Assembly (NCBI GenBank): GCA_030141605.1
Contig: JAQGDQ010000058.1
Span: 405,852 to 469,851 of the forward strand
Direction: 5' to 3'
From: Tubiluchus corallicola
Lineage: Eukaryota; Animalia; Priapulida
DNA length: 64,000 nt
Numbering within the stretch: the stretch's first letter is position 1; the number at the start of each line of letters is the position of its first letter. The position numbers and the translations under genes were made by a program. The notes under the pieces were generated by a model. That model saw only the letters and a program-made list of their open reading frames with translations. It made no database searches and was not told the DNA's origin. This document shows, one piece after another, positions 1-64,000 of the stretch.

Positions 1-624
1 GCAAAGACAGATAATTTACAAAAAGTAATTAATTATAAATATAATTAAACTGCGCAAAAATCACTAAACAAAGAAGTTAAAGGAAAAGTAAGTGATTAAT
101 GCCACGCACATTTTCTCTATTTAAAGAAGTTATTAATGTCTGTAAGTCTAGCAGAGTGGCATAATGAAGAGCACGAAGCACCGATGGCGTGAGCAGTGGT
201 TTAATAAAGTCTAACAAACCGTGAATTTCAGAAACGCTTCCACTTCTTACTGCTGGCTGCTAAGCTCAGCGATGAAGAGCGATCTTGTAAAATGAAATTG
301 TGAGAAAATTAATTTTTAATGTTAGGCCGAATGGTGACTAATGCTAAATATTTCAGAATATTAAACATTATGTTCGTGTTTCTGCTTCACAATAATAATT
401 CACTAAATTAAGATAGATCAGTACTATAGCTGTGAAATCTGTGGATATAGTCGAAGTTTCCTATACCGGCAAAATTAGTAAGTATGTCTTAAAAATTTCA
501 TGTCTGCATTTAAGCTAATTTTAGTCGTCTTATTTATAACTCGTTTTTTTTATCTGAAATCCGAAGCTCTTCAATAGTGGATCTTTGCTAAAAATACCCT
601 TCAAAGTGCTAAATGTGGGTACGT

Positions 625-1935
625 CTCATCCGATAGTTGAGGAAATACAGATCGGCAGAGAAGGGGTAGCCAAGTAATTGTCTCCGATCAATCCTTCCAA
701 GGCTTGGATCCTGATGAGGATCCTTTGATATGGGAATTCTTCCTTGTGACTGGAAGTAAACATTGGTAACAGCTGTTTACAGGAAGGGTTGAAAGTCGTC
801 GCCAGGAAGTTATAGATCTGTCTCTCTAACATGCATTTTGTGCAAGGTAATGAAGCATATTATCTTAACTCACCTTATGAAACATGTTTCACATCATAAT
901 ATATTATCACTATCAGCTCTTCAGCATGGTTTTAGCAGTGATCATGTGAAACGTAACTAATTAATGCAATTCAAGACTAGGCATCTGTCCTAAACAATCA
1001 TAGCCAAACAGATGTGGTACTGCTGGACTTCAGCAAAGCTTTTGACACTGTGCTGCATTATAGACTCCTTCATAAGCCCCATTATTATGGCATTCTTGAA
1101 AGGACTGCAGCATGGATATCTGGTTTCCTTCTTGGTCGAACTCAGACAGTATCTGCCAATGGAAGAAAGTCTTATTCGTCTCCAGTAATATCAGTAGTGC
1201 CACAAGACTCTGTCCTGGGGCCAGTTTTATTCCTTTTGTTTATCAATGACATTAGCGCAAACATATCATCCCAACTTGGTTTTTTTGCCCATGATAGTAT
1301 TATATACAGGGAGATAACATCTCGGGAAGACCATATTCAAGTGTAAGTTGATTTCTAGAAACTTTTTCAGTGGTCTCAGAACTGACTCATGCAATTCACC
1401 CCTACTAAGTGCTACATTCTAAATATTACCAATAAACAGAAACCAAGCTCCTTCCAATATACAATTGCAGATGCACTACTAACACAGGCCAGTTCACATG
1501 GATACCTTGGAGTTACAATAGATCAAAATCTCAACTGGAATGACTACTGTGATAAGATAAAATCTAAAAATAATGGCACCTTGGGCCTATTGCAAAGAAC
1601 ACTCGCTGTTTGTTCTGAGGAAGTAAAGCAGATTGCTCATCACACCTTAGACCTAGGCTGGAATATGTTTGCTGTGGGTGGAACTCCTATACCCAATGTT
1701 ATATCACCAACTTGGAGAAGGTTCAACGCCAAGCAGCTTGTTTTTGTTAAAAATCAATATCGTCGAGAGGTGGCCATGTTACATCACTGCTTCAGCAACT
1801 AAGATGGGACACTTTGGAGAACAGATAGTTGCTCTTCCAAATCACAATGTTTGATAAAATTCAGCATGGATTGGTGACTATATTATTTCCTGCATGCATT
1901 TTACCATCCTTCTCATGCACCCGTTCATACCACTA
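625..1935 (+). mobile_element. Decayed non-LTR retrotransposon (LINE, CR1/L2-type) ORF2 reverse-transcriptase fragment
   Basis: Frameshifted, stop-containing RT motifs in the expected order: ..YRSVSLTCILCKVM.., QHGF, VLLDFSKAFDTV.H..LL.K...YGI, VISVVPQDSVLGPVLFLLFIND (SGVPQGS motif), FFAHD (degenerate FADD), YLGVTIDQNLNW. Boundaries approximate. Confidence 0.88.
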
Positions 1936-2987
1936 GCACGATATGCAACGGGCTTCCAGCCATAGCAGTAAAGGTTAGTTCTGTCGAAACGTTCTGGCAA
2001 GTGACGCTTGATACCATCAGAGTCAGAGAGCCGCCTGTTTATATAGGATGATTGTAAAAAAAATTCACACTAATAACCACACCTAGCACCTTGTTCTTTT
2101 ATGATATCTAGTGTACGTTGTTGATTTGATGCACAGGGGCACATTGACTGCACACATCATTCGAGTTTAAGTAGTTGTTTTTGAGCTTTTGTGGACTGTC
2201 ATCCATATCATCTGTGGACTGCTGAGTAACATTTTCTTACGGATTTGCGAACCCATTGGAGTCATAGACCACCCACTTATTTTGTGAACACAGCTTCAAA
2301 ACTTGAATGTTAAGGTTTCTAATAGTTTACTTGAAATTTTCAAATGCGCAGACTGAAATTGTGCATATCTTGTCACTGAACATCTTTGTGTGCACCAGTG
2401 CTAACAGCCTTACAATCTAATCAGTTCGTATGTCAACTTGAAAAATTTTGAAATTATTGATTTTTTTGGCTGGGTATCTAGTAGAGCAATGAAACTATAT
2501 TTAGGGACATTGTGGATTACCAGACACTAAAAGTGGTTTTGCGTATCTCTGTTGTACAACTGTAATGCATTTATCCAATGCCAGTGGCTTGGTGGCAATC
2601 GAGCACTTATATGTTGAAAATATTCTTATTGTATCTGCCTCATTTAAATTTTAGTTAGAATGTGAGTGGTGTTGTAACTAGTGTGCAGTTGTTTTAAAAA
2701 TGTGTATTGAAACAAGTTTATATCATGTAATATTACTTTGCTGTTCCTGAGCTTGAATAGTCAAAACATTAAGTTGTTAAATGTGTTAACGTTGTCATCT
2801 TGGCTTTGCAGTTTGTCTGCACCTTTTGGTATTTTTGATCATTTTTTATTTGCAGTTGTTCAGTTTAGCTGCTAAGTTTTCTTAAACTTTTTGATAGCCT
2901 TGTACCATGTACTAAATTGATGTACTTACTGTTGTATTGTGACTCTTGTCATCATAGCAATAGTGGATATCTTCTCAACTTACTGTG

Positions 2988-17460
<14,473 letters not shown>

Positions 17461-19014
17461 TGCTAAAGTATTACTGTAATATATATAGATAGGTTTTGTA
17501 TAGCTTAATTGCTTAGTTTGTACAATGTAGCTGTGTCCAACTGTTGTAAATTTTCAATTTCTGTATGATAGGGCAGCTTGAAGAATAACATATGATAAGT
17601 GAATGTAGTTTAGACATATTGCAATAGTAAAACAGTAATGCATAGTTTTTTAACCCTAATTTACACTTGCAATTTTTCACAGTAAGAGCTTAAGAAGTAG
17701 TGTACCAGTGTATCATTATTACACAAATGATACATTGTTGTATGTTTTGTTATAGTTTTACTTTTTAGGAAACACTACTTTTTCGCAACTATTTCTAGCC
17801 TTCATATGACATGCTTCATCATGTTGTGTGATTTAATAGCCTTGAGTAAATATTTAATTTTTCTTAATACAATTTTTTTGCTTGTAGTATATTTTAGAAT
17901 GTGAAGGAGCAGTCATTTTTAGAGATCAATAACATAATTTTTCTCTTGGACTGAATATCATTTTATTTTTAATGAAGTATGTCAAAGGGTTACAAAATTA
18001 ACAAGTTTGGCTGTTCCAGTTTCTTTGTTAAACATATGCATTTGTAAAATTATTAAGCACCAAAATGTTATTTGGTTCTCAGACATATCCTGCAAGGTAT
18101 TTTGCAAAAAAATATTTTTTATTGTTTCTTTTAGAAAATATACTTGACAATTAGCTTATTTTTGGGCTTATAAAAGTAATGTTGATATTACAGCACAAAA
18201 AAGAAAATCTTTATATAAGAGTGATTATGAACTACATTGTAATTCCAAATGCCTAAAAGATATTACTAGTTACACCTAGTTCTGGCTTATTATTGTATGG
18301 TGCTAATTGAAACTTCAGTGCATCCAATTAGCATATTTAAAAATGAAATGATGTAGTCAGCTGTTTGTACATTGTGCTTTGAAAGTGTGCTGTGATATTT
18401 AAACACTTTGTTATTATGCACATTGTGCAGGTACATTATAGTTGCAATGTACAATCCTTCGAATATGTTTACGTACAGATAACATCTTTGTCAAAAGACA
18501 GCTGTGTGATATGGCACGTGCACTAAACGTTTTTACATGTCTCAACTGCATATTCTGTATGTCAAATATACAAGTTGTGTACTTTATGTACTTTAATGTA
18601 ATTGCTGAAAACCACACATATTTTGTGGCATGTTTGTTTTGTTTTTACTGACTATGGATGTACTTGTGCACCTTCTGTATGACGATCCTTTTTCACATTC
18701 CAGTGCATGTATAGCTATACGCCTTAAACATATTTTTTTACCTGCAGTTGAACAGAATTCTGTTAATTTGATTGAAGCAGTTGATTTTGAAGGTGGGTAT
18801 TTTGCTGTGAACATTTCTTTAAGCCAGGAAAAATGAAAAAGTATTTGGTTCAGAATTAGCGACTCTAATTTATGCTTCTAATGAATTAAAAACTTCCACA
18901 TTTTATATTAAATTATTAACTATTAATTTTTATGGTATTATGTGGAACTTACAGAAATTCAAAACATTTTAGCAATTATGTTTATAGCAAGAAAACGTGT
19001 AAAAGGCTTAATTT

Positions 19015-19370
19015 AATAAAATATTTGACAAATGTTACACTGCTTACCCAAAGTCACGGTTAAAAGGTATAATTTCTATAATTAATAATCATCATAATTG
19101 TATACAATTGCATTTATTTATGCATTTGTACTGTGTGTAATTATAATTAGTTGTCGTGGTAAGTTCAGTGTGAAAAATATGTAAAACATACTAAATTGTA
19201 ACCAAGTTGTCAATGTGAGCAGAATTGTTATTATGCACAAAATTTAATGCATTGCTTAAATGTGATTATTTTAATAAGAATTATTGTAAAAATGGCCACG
19301 CTTAAAAAGTTATTATGAAAAGGTGATTTCTATGTGATCTAATAAATCTCTGGGTTCAAGGGTAAATAAA
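19015..19370 (+). terminator. Candidate polyadenylation signals of FAM91A1
   Basis: AATAAA at 19015-19020, 19341-19346 and 19365-19370; these are the first canonical hexamers I found after the stop. Usage not verifiable. Confidence 0.35.
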
Positions 19371-19646
19371 TTATTCTAATAACAGAGTAAATGAGATTTT
19401 GTAGAACGTATTACATAATCTTTACTAAGGCAGAGATATTATTTATAATATACAACTGTACATCACGACGAGAATACGTATTTTACTAAATTAATCCTGA
19501 GGTATACACATTCATCCTTTTGATGAGGAGGAAGAATTTAGTTCACTAGCAGCAGTGAAATAACCAAGCAACCATTTCTTACAATTGGTGAACTGGGCCA
19601 ACTGACATTACATGATATAACACAGTTACACATTGTAACGTTGGCA

Positions 19647-38929
<19,283 letters not shown>

Positions 38930-39942
38930 TACACCAAGATAAATGTGTACATATACGTTTTTAGAAAAACAGCTCAACTTTTATTTTAAAAAAGCAAGGA
39001 GGAATGCAACTTCCAGGTGTGCTTATTTTTTCACGTAAAATATTTACGCGCTGTAAGGTACAATATTATAAAAGAAATATTTTGTTTTACACGGATTTAC
39101 TAGATGTGCACTCCATGCTAATATCTTCCAAATAGCACGTTATAAAATTGCTTTATGAATGTCGTGTGTTTTCAATCTAATTGTATAAGTATTTGATGAA
39201 AGAGTCTTCTACCTGTATGTTGACATTACAGTGAGCGTGCGCACAAACATCGATCTGTCGATTTCAGTCTATCATTTCAGTTATTAGTCCGGGAGCCCTA
39301 AGCTAAGAAATTGGTAACAAAATTTGGGCATGACAAGCAGGGGACTATTCCATGTTGCACCCACGAAGGCATTGAACATATACTTTGTCTAGTGTTATAT
39401 CATGGAAGATTATGTTCACCTGCATAGTAGTAGGAAGAAGGTACACTGCTCTTAAAATTGTCACATCTCACTATATTCTTGCTTAAGTGTACTTATATTC
39501 AGATATAACGTTTGTTAATTTCACTACATTTGAACATGACACATCTTACTCACAGCGCTACAATGTAGACATGTAGATACAGTGATTATTAAAATTGTGC
39601 TTTTTACATCATTTTTGTCGGACAATTTTGTTCCATTCGTGACAGAGTGCACCCCCGGCCAAAATATGTTAATTACTCCGACTTTTGATGTATCTTTTTA
39701 AATTTTAGCAGCTTAAATCTTTCCAGTTTGTGCGACGAATAATGTTCGTTATCTTTACATGAGATCAAGCAATCAAACAGGGTACTCATGTACATACGAT
39801 ATGCTTATGGCGTGTACTTTTGGTTGGTACGAAAGTTTGGTACACGTCCCGTCTTAGCAACCGTGTTATTGCTAGCCTTTTTGTGAATGTCTGATGTCGT
39901 CAAGTCTAGACTAATTTTGTAAAACGTTAGCGACTTAAACTG

Positions 39943-40089
39943 GTTGCCATGGATACTATTTACCTTAGCAACGGTACTGATAATGAGGTTTATATTTAAA
40001 CAATATTTTAGGGAAACCTTACTTTTTATTATTACATGAACTGACAACAGATCTTAACATGCAGGAGAAGCAGCAGTTGCTATGGTGAC
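39943..40089. promoter_or_regulatory. RFX X-box-like motifs about 1.0-1.2 kb upstream of the GC1 start codon
   Basis: GTATCCATGGCAAC (minus strand, 39943-39956) and GTTGCTATGGTGAC (40076-40089) fit the X-box consensus RTHNYYWTRRNRAC; half-sites TAGCAAC at 39855 and 39966. May belong to the adjacent transposon relic. Confidence 0.35.
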
Positions 40090-40339
40090 GATGTGAAGTT
40101 TGTTTACCTGTATAATAACAGCCGTGAGTGAATGATATTAACACTTTCCATGTTCGAGTTATCATATTATTATCGATAGTTTTTTTACAAAAAACTTTCT
40201 GGAACTTGCATTTCTGGATCACAGCTCTGAACCAAACTGGCATGTAGGTTATATTTTATTGCGCAAAAATCGTCTATGTGATTCTTAGATAATTGCAAAA
40301 TATTGTTTATGAAACAATAAAGTAATTTTTTGAATATTT

Positions 40340-41000
40340 TGCAGAGTAGATTCTGTTTACACAATGGCTTCTAGGTGCAAAAACTCTGAAGATTGACAGT
40401 CAAATAAACGGTCGCTTACTAGTAATATCAAAGGGGAAACACAGTCTACAAAATGTGCACGCGTATGAACTGGCACCAGTATCACTTTCATTAGCTCATA
40501 TGGATCGTACTTATAGGAAATCAAATAAAAGTCAACTCCTAAAAGAATTCGAACTATGTTCAATACTTAGTCTCCCCTCTGTACAAGCCTGGAGACTGCA
40601 TACATCATGGAGTTCTCGCAAACAATTCAATCTGTGAAAATCGACTCACTGAAAACAATTGCTGAAGTTTCAGGTTCTTTAGCAAAGTCAGTTATGAAAA
40701 AGTTTAAAGAGACGGGTGAGGCGTACATTGTTAGTAATAGGTACGACATCACAATTTCTTGTAAGTCTGGAGCAAGACTCAGAAGAGCAAATTATGCATC
40801 AGCAGTTACTGAAATCAGAATTACAGACGGGAAAACTAAGTTGCCCCATTACAGCTAAAGAAATGCTTATGTAGCAACACAAACAAATCAAACTTGCTAT
40901 CAAGTATTCAGCGTGACTGGACTTCAAATTTTCCGAACGAACTAAACCATAATCACTTATCATATCCTTCCAAAAGTGTTCCCACAAATGGGCCTATATC
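40340..41000 (+). mobile_element. Decayed coding relic resembling the XPG/PIN-like region of Academ-type DNA transposons
   Basis: Broken frames give YELAPVSLSLAHMDRTYRKSNKSQLLKEFE and AYIVSNRYDITISCKSGARLRRA, resembling the recalled YEL.P.P.SL...G.MRK..KS.L and V.FD.Y...S.K..ER.RR blocks of such proteins; many stops and frameshifts. Family assignment is from memory only. Confidence 0.5.
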
Positions 41001-43887
41001 ACCCACAAAGCTCATCTGAAAATTAGTATTGCCACCCACGCAATAAGCACTAATGTCTGCTCTATTATCTGATACGTCTAAAAACTGGTTACCAAACTGA
41101 GTGTACGAACATCATTTTCCTGGCCTTGTTTTGTGCTTTACCTCCCAGACTATAACCCGGTTATTATAGAATATCTCGCGGAAAAGTTTAAGTGTATGGA
41201 ATTTCTGAACTTTAGTAAGGGACACTCCTTAATTTAGTCACAAGTTTAATGTGCTCGATTTCAAACGCAACTAATGTTTAATGTGAGTTTCACCTCGCAA
41301 TAGTATGGTCAACGATAATCAGCCTAGGTACAATTAAGTATGAATTAAACTACAATAGGTTAGCATTGTTATAAGCACTGAGAAAGGATGATGTTTTTCT
41401 ATAGAGTAATTGTACAATTATTCGCGAAAATTATATGAAATGTCCGACGAATAATAGAAGTTGTTATCAGTTTTCTTATTTTTTGTATTTGTTAGGTTGT
41501 CCTGAAACTTTTAAGAAAAGAATTTTTGGAAACGAGAAAGTAAATTGTCGTCCAGGCTTTACATAAGTTGCGCCAAAGTCATTAACTTCCAAATAACACT
41601 GTTGCTCTCGCTACATCAGTTTCTATCGGGGATTTTCACTGTTTGTATATTAATGTTAACTGATTGGAGAATAAATATCTTAATTGTTTGATCAATGTAT
41701 AGTTTTTCTGAAAACGTATATCGACATATATAAGAAAACTGTTCATGGATGATACTGGATGTTCTAAAATAAAACCCAGAAAACACAGATATTTCGAGGC
41801 CCATTACGAAGAAACGCGTAATATTCAGCGAAATACCTGCTATTTTTATATTCGATTACAGCAAATTTAGAGAAAGGTCTATTAGCTATAGTTAAACTAC
41901 AGAGATGGGGTAAGACAATGAAATTGAAGCCCTTGTAAAATCTAACTTCAGGTCAATCGGATCTATAACGACCAAAACTATGTTTTGCGTAACATACGTT
42001 GGGCCGGCTTGCTAGTATTTGACTCTTATAATCAAATCTGTCTCCAAATAGTCAAAACCAGTCAAAGAAAGACAACATGTCTATGCCAACATGTCTGTAC
42101 CATATGTCTATTCATTACCTCAGCATTAACAGTTGTATAAACTAAAGCGTCATTTCACATTTGGTAATTAAATACATGAATTGTACATAATCTGTTATTG
42201 AAGAAGGTAGTTAAGAAAAAATCGCTTAGAAAGTGATTAAACCATTTTGGGACTTGTTAGTAATTTTGAGACGTGGTAATTAATTACGTGATCATTGTAG
42301 TGTTTAGTATTGTACTGGAAACTTAGCATACTTAGCAGCCTTCTCTTGTCTGCTTTGGCCACCTTGTGGCGATTTTAGGCCTGATCACATGATCAGGCCT
42401 GATCTGGTTGAGTGGACTGAATTTTGCTAACACAAGACATAAAATAAGTATTAAAATGTTGTCGTGTTGTCTGTTCAGAAAGCTCATAATATGGGAGAAA
42501 TAATGTATGTATATTCCTTTATTACTTTTAAAATTAGTTATTTAGTTAAGTTACAAATTAGTTAAAAATTACTGCAAAGCTGTAGTGTAAAAACTGCTAA
42601 ATTATGTATAATTATTGATCTTTTGGTTATTGGTATTTTTTGGCATAAACTTTTTATTGTTTAGATGGAATGCCATGTTTTTGGGAATAAAAGTCAAGAA
42701 AGAGCAAAATTTATTAATCGAGGCTTCGAATGTCTATTTGGTTTTTAAAAGCCCGAACAGTATTAATGCTTATAAATACGCAAGCAAAATTAACATCATT
42801 CGGTCACATGCCGGATATTTCCGAACGTCACTCGACAGAAGTTCTAAAATCGATACCAGCCCAGAAAATAGTCACATTGGAATATTCTGTAAACCACGTC
42901 TTACAGTTGAGTGAGCTGAACTGTTCTAGAATGTAAAATAATCTTCACTCATTTGCATGTTATAGCAAGTTTGTTTTACCAATTTAAGAAGGATTAACTG
43001 TCTTAATTTTATTTCATAATTATTATTATTGATAGAAATGAACGCACAATTATCAAATTTTTAAGCCACGTTGTCTGAAAGAAAGAAAATGTGAAAAAGT
43101 TTTGCTGTTTTCAATCAAGTTTACTTTGCTTATTAAAATTATTAAGTTTCAATTTTCTTGTTTTTATAATATACTTTATATTTACTCTTACGATTTTATA
43201 ATGTAATGAATTTTATAACAAGTATACATGTATATGTATATTGTAACAGTAAGACAGATATTTAGAAATAAAAGATTGTAACATTAAATCTATGCACTCG
43301 ATTTGAAAGACAAAAGTAGATAGCTACGCACAGCTAATTCTACGAAAGATACAACTATATTTATAATGTACATATTTGCCAAAAAATATGCCAGTAAACA
43401 AGTACCAATTTTCGACACACAGTCTACTATAATTATGCTGAGTAGCCTATAATACATCCATTGCTATTCAACGTAGTAAGACAGTGTTTGTCTAATAAAT
43501 AAACTAACTGCAACTTTACATTGGCTTTTCATAGTCGTAGTATTGATTATACATATAATTATAATACTGAATCACCATGTTAATAGTTGTAAGCGAACCT
43601 GTGGAGGGAAAAGCAGATTACATGTTAAAAACAGACAATTAAACGAAATTAATTAGCTTGACAAAGTAATAATACTAGTATGGGATTACTTTTACAGTTT
43701 TGTCACGGAAACATAGTTGGAAGGTTAACATAATAATAATATTAATAAATGTAAATGCTACTAATTTATACTTATAATTTTTGCAACTGTACATGTATAA
43801 TCTAATTTACAAACTTGCAATCTATTCAACATTGCAAAATTAAAGACTTTGTGGAATTCTTCTCTACAAACGCGCATTTTAACGAGG

Positions 43888-63107
<19,220 letters not shown>

Positions 63108-63162
63108 CTGCATAACAGTTAAACAGTCGTGAATCAGTCCTGTAGTTATATATATATATATA

Positions 63163-63386
63163 TTAACTAAGTATTAACTAATGAACTAGTCGTATTTTTG
63201 AATAAACTATTTTAAGTTATTACATACTTGAACTAACTAATTGTATATCTCATCACTGCACATTATGGAAATACTGTGATCAGTAATAGTTACTGTGTTG
63301 TAAATCCACTCAAAATAAATAAAGTATAATAACTTAAAATAGTTTATTCAAAAATACGACTAGTTCATTAGTTAATACTTAATTAA
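63163..63386. mobile_element. Small AT-rich foldback/MITE-like element with perfect 55-bp inverted arms
   Basis: 63168-63222 is the exact reverse complement of 63327-63381; 104-nt spacer; TTAA at both outer ends; a (TA)n run lies immediately to the left. Confidence 0.8.
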
Positions 63387-64000
63387 AATTTACAAAACCC
63401 ATACAATAGATACGATAACAGAAACGATTCTCGAAGTACATAATCCTATAAGGCCATGCAAAGTACAAGTTGTGCATTGTAGTGTACAATGTTGCTACTT
63501 AATTCAGAACTCCAATACATGTGGAATTAATACAATTGATGTAGTATTACGGTTATTACAGCAGTACTAATAGTTGATTCTAGCATAAGTTGTTTATTAA
63601 TGAGTACTTGATTGAAAGACAGTCTAAATAATAACTTAAAATACAATTATACGTACAATCAGTTAACAAAACGTTTAGTGGACTTATGTAGTCTGCAACA
63701 ATTTGAAGAGAATGCCACTGGATGGATGACCTGATCTGAGTTTATGAAAAAAAATTTTGTATAATAGCAAGTCTAAGTTTGGCGTGTAATTCTTGAGTTA
63801 TGTACCGATAATAACAGAGCTGACCCAATAATAGTTCTTTGTATGTCATAGTTTGCGCACTCGAAAAAATGACGGCGGGGGGGGGTCTCAGTCGAATTGT
63901 TGCAACTACATGAGGGTGATCGATAATATTCCTGGAAAACAAATCACCTTTTAATGGCGAAAAATTGGCAATGAATTTATTAATTTCAATCTCATTACTT

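Noticed and set aside
41970-42016. Helitron-like 3' end (CTAGT after a GC-rich patch)
   Set aside because: Only very short hairpins and no matching 5' end; equally explained as the end of the putative Academ-like relic.

Overview
AT-rich, intron-rich genomic DNA from an animal, most likely an invertebrate; the taxon cannot be fixed from the sequence. Three spliced genes were reconstructed by hand from splice sites and reading-frame continuity. (1) A complete FAM91A1 orthologue on + (21 coding exons, 2988..17460, 810 aa). (2) A complete NPR-A/NPR-B-like receptor guanylyl cyclase on - (GC1; 18 coding exons, 38929..19647, about 1045 aa), convergent with FAM91A1. (3) A tandem paralogue on - (GC2; 16 exons in the window, 63107..43888, first exons off the right edge) with the same exon architecture. 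Non-coding DNA holds two decayed LINE fragments, a Tc1/mariner-pogo MITE (TA TSD), a hAT MITE (8-bp TSD), a probable Academ-like relic, foldback elements and many microsatellites. No prokaryotic-type system, CRISPR array or structural RNA gene is evident, and I cannot show a wholly new biological system. The best leads are: apparent gene conversion of one catalytic exon between the receptor paralogues, a lost/shifted acceptor at the GC1 transmembrane exon, a GC-AG intron and a duplicated in-frame donor in GC2, an RFX X-box cluster upstream of GC1, and a sharp CpG-content boundary between FAM91A1 and the receptor genes.
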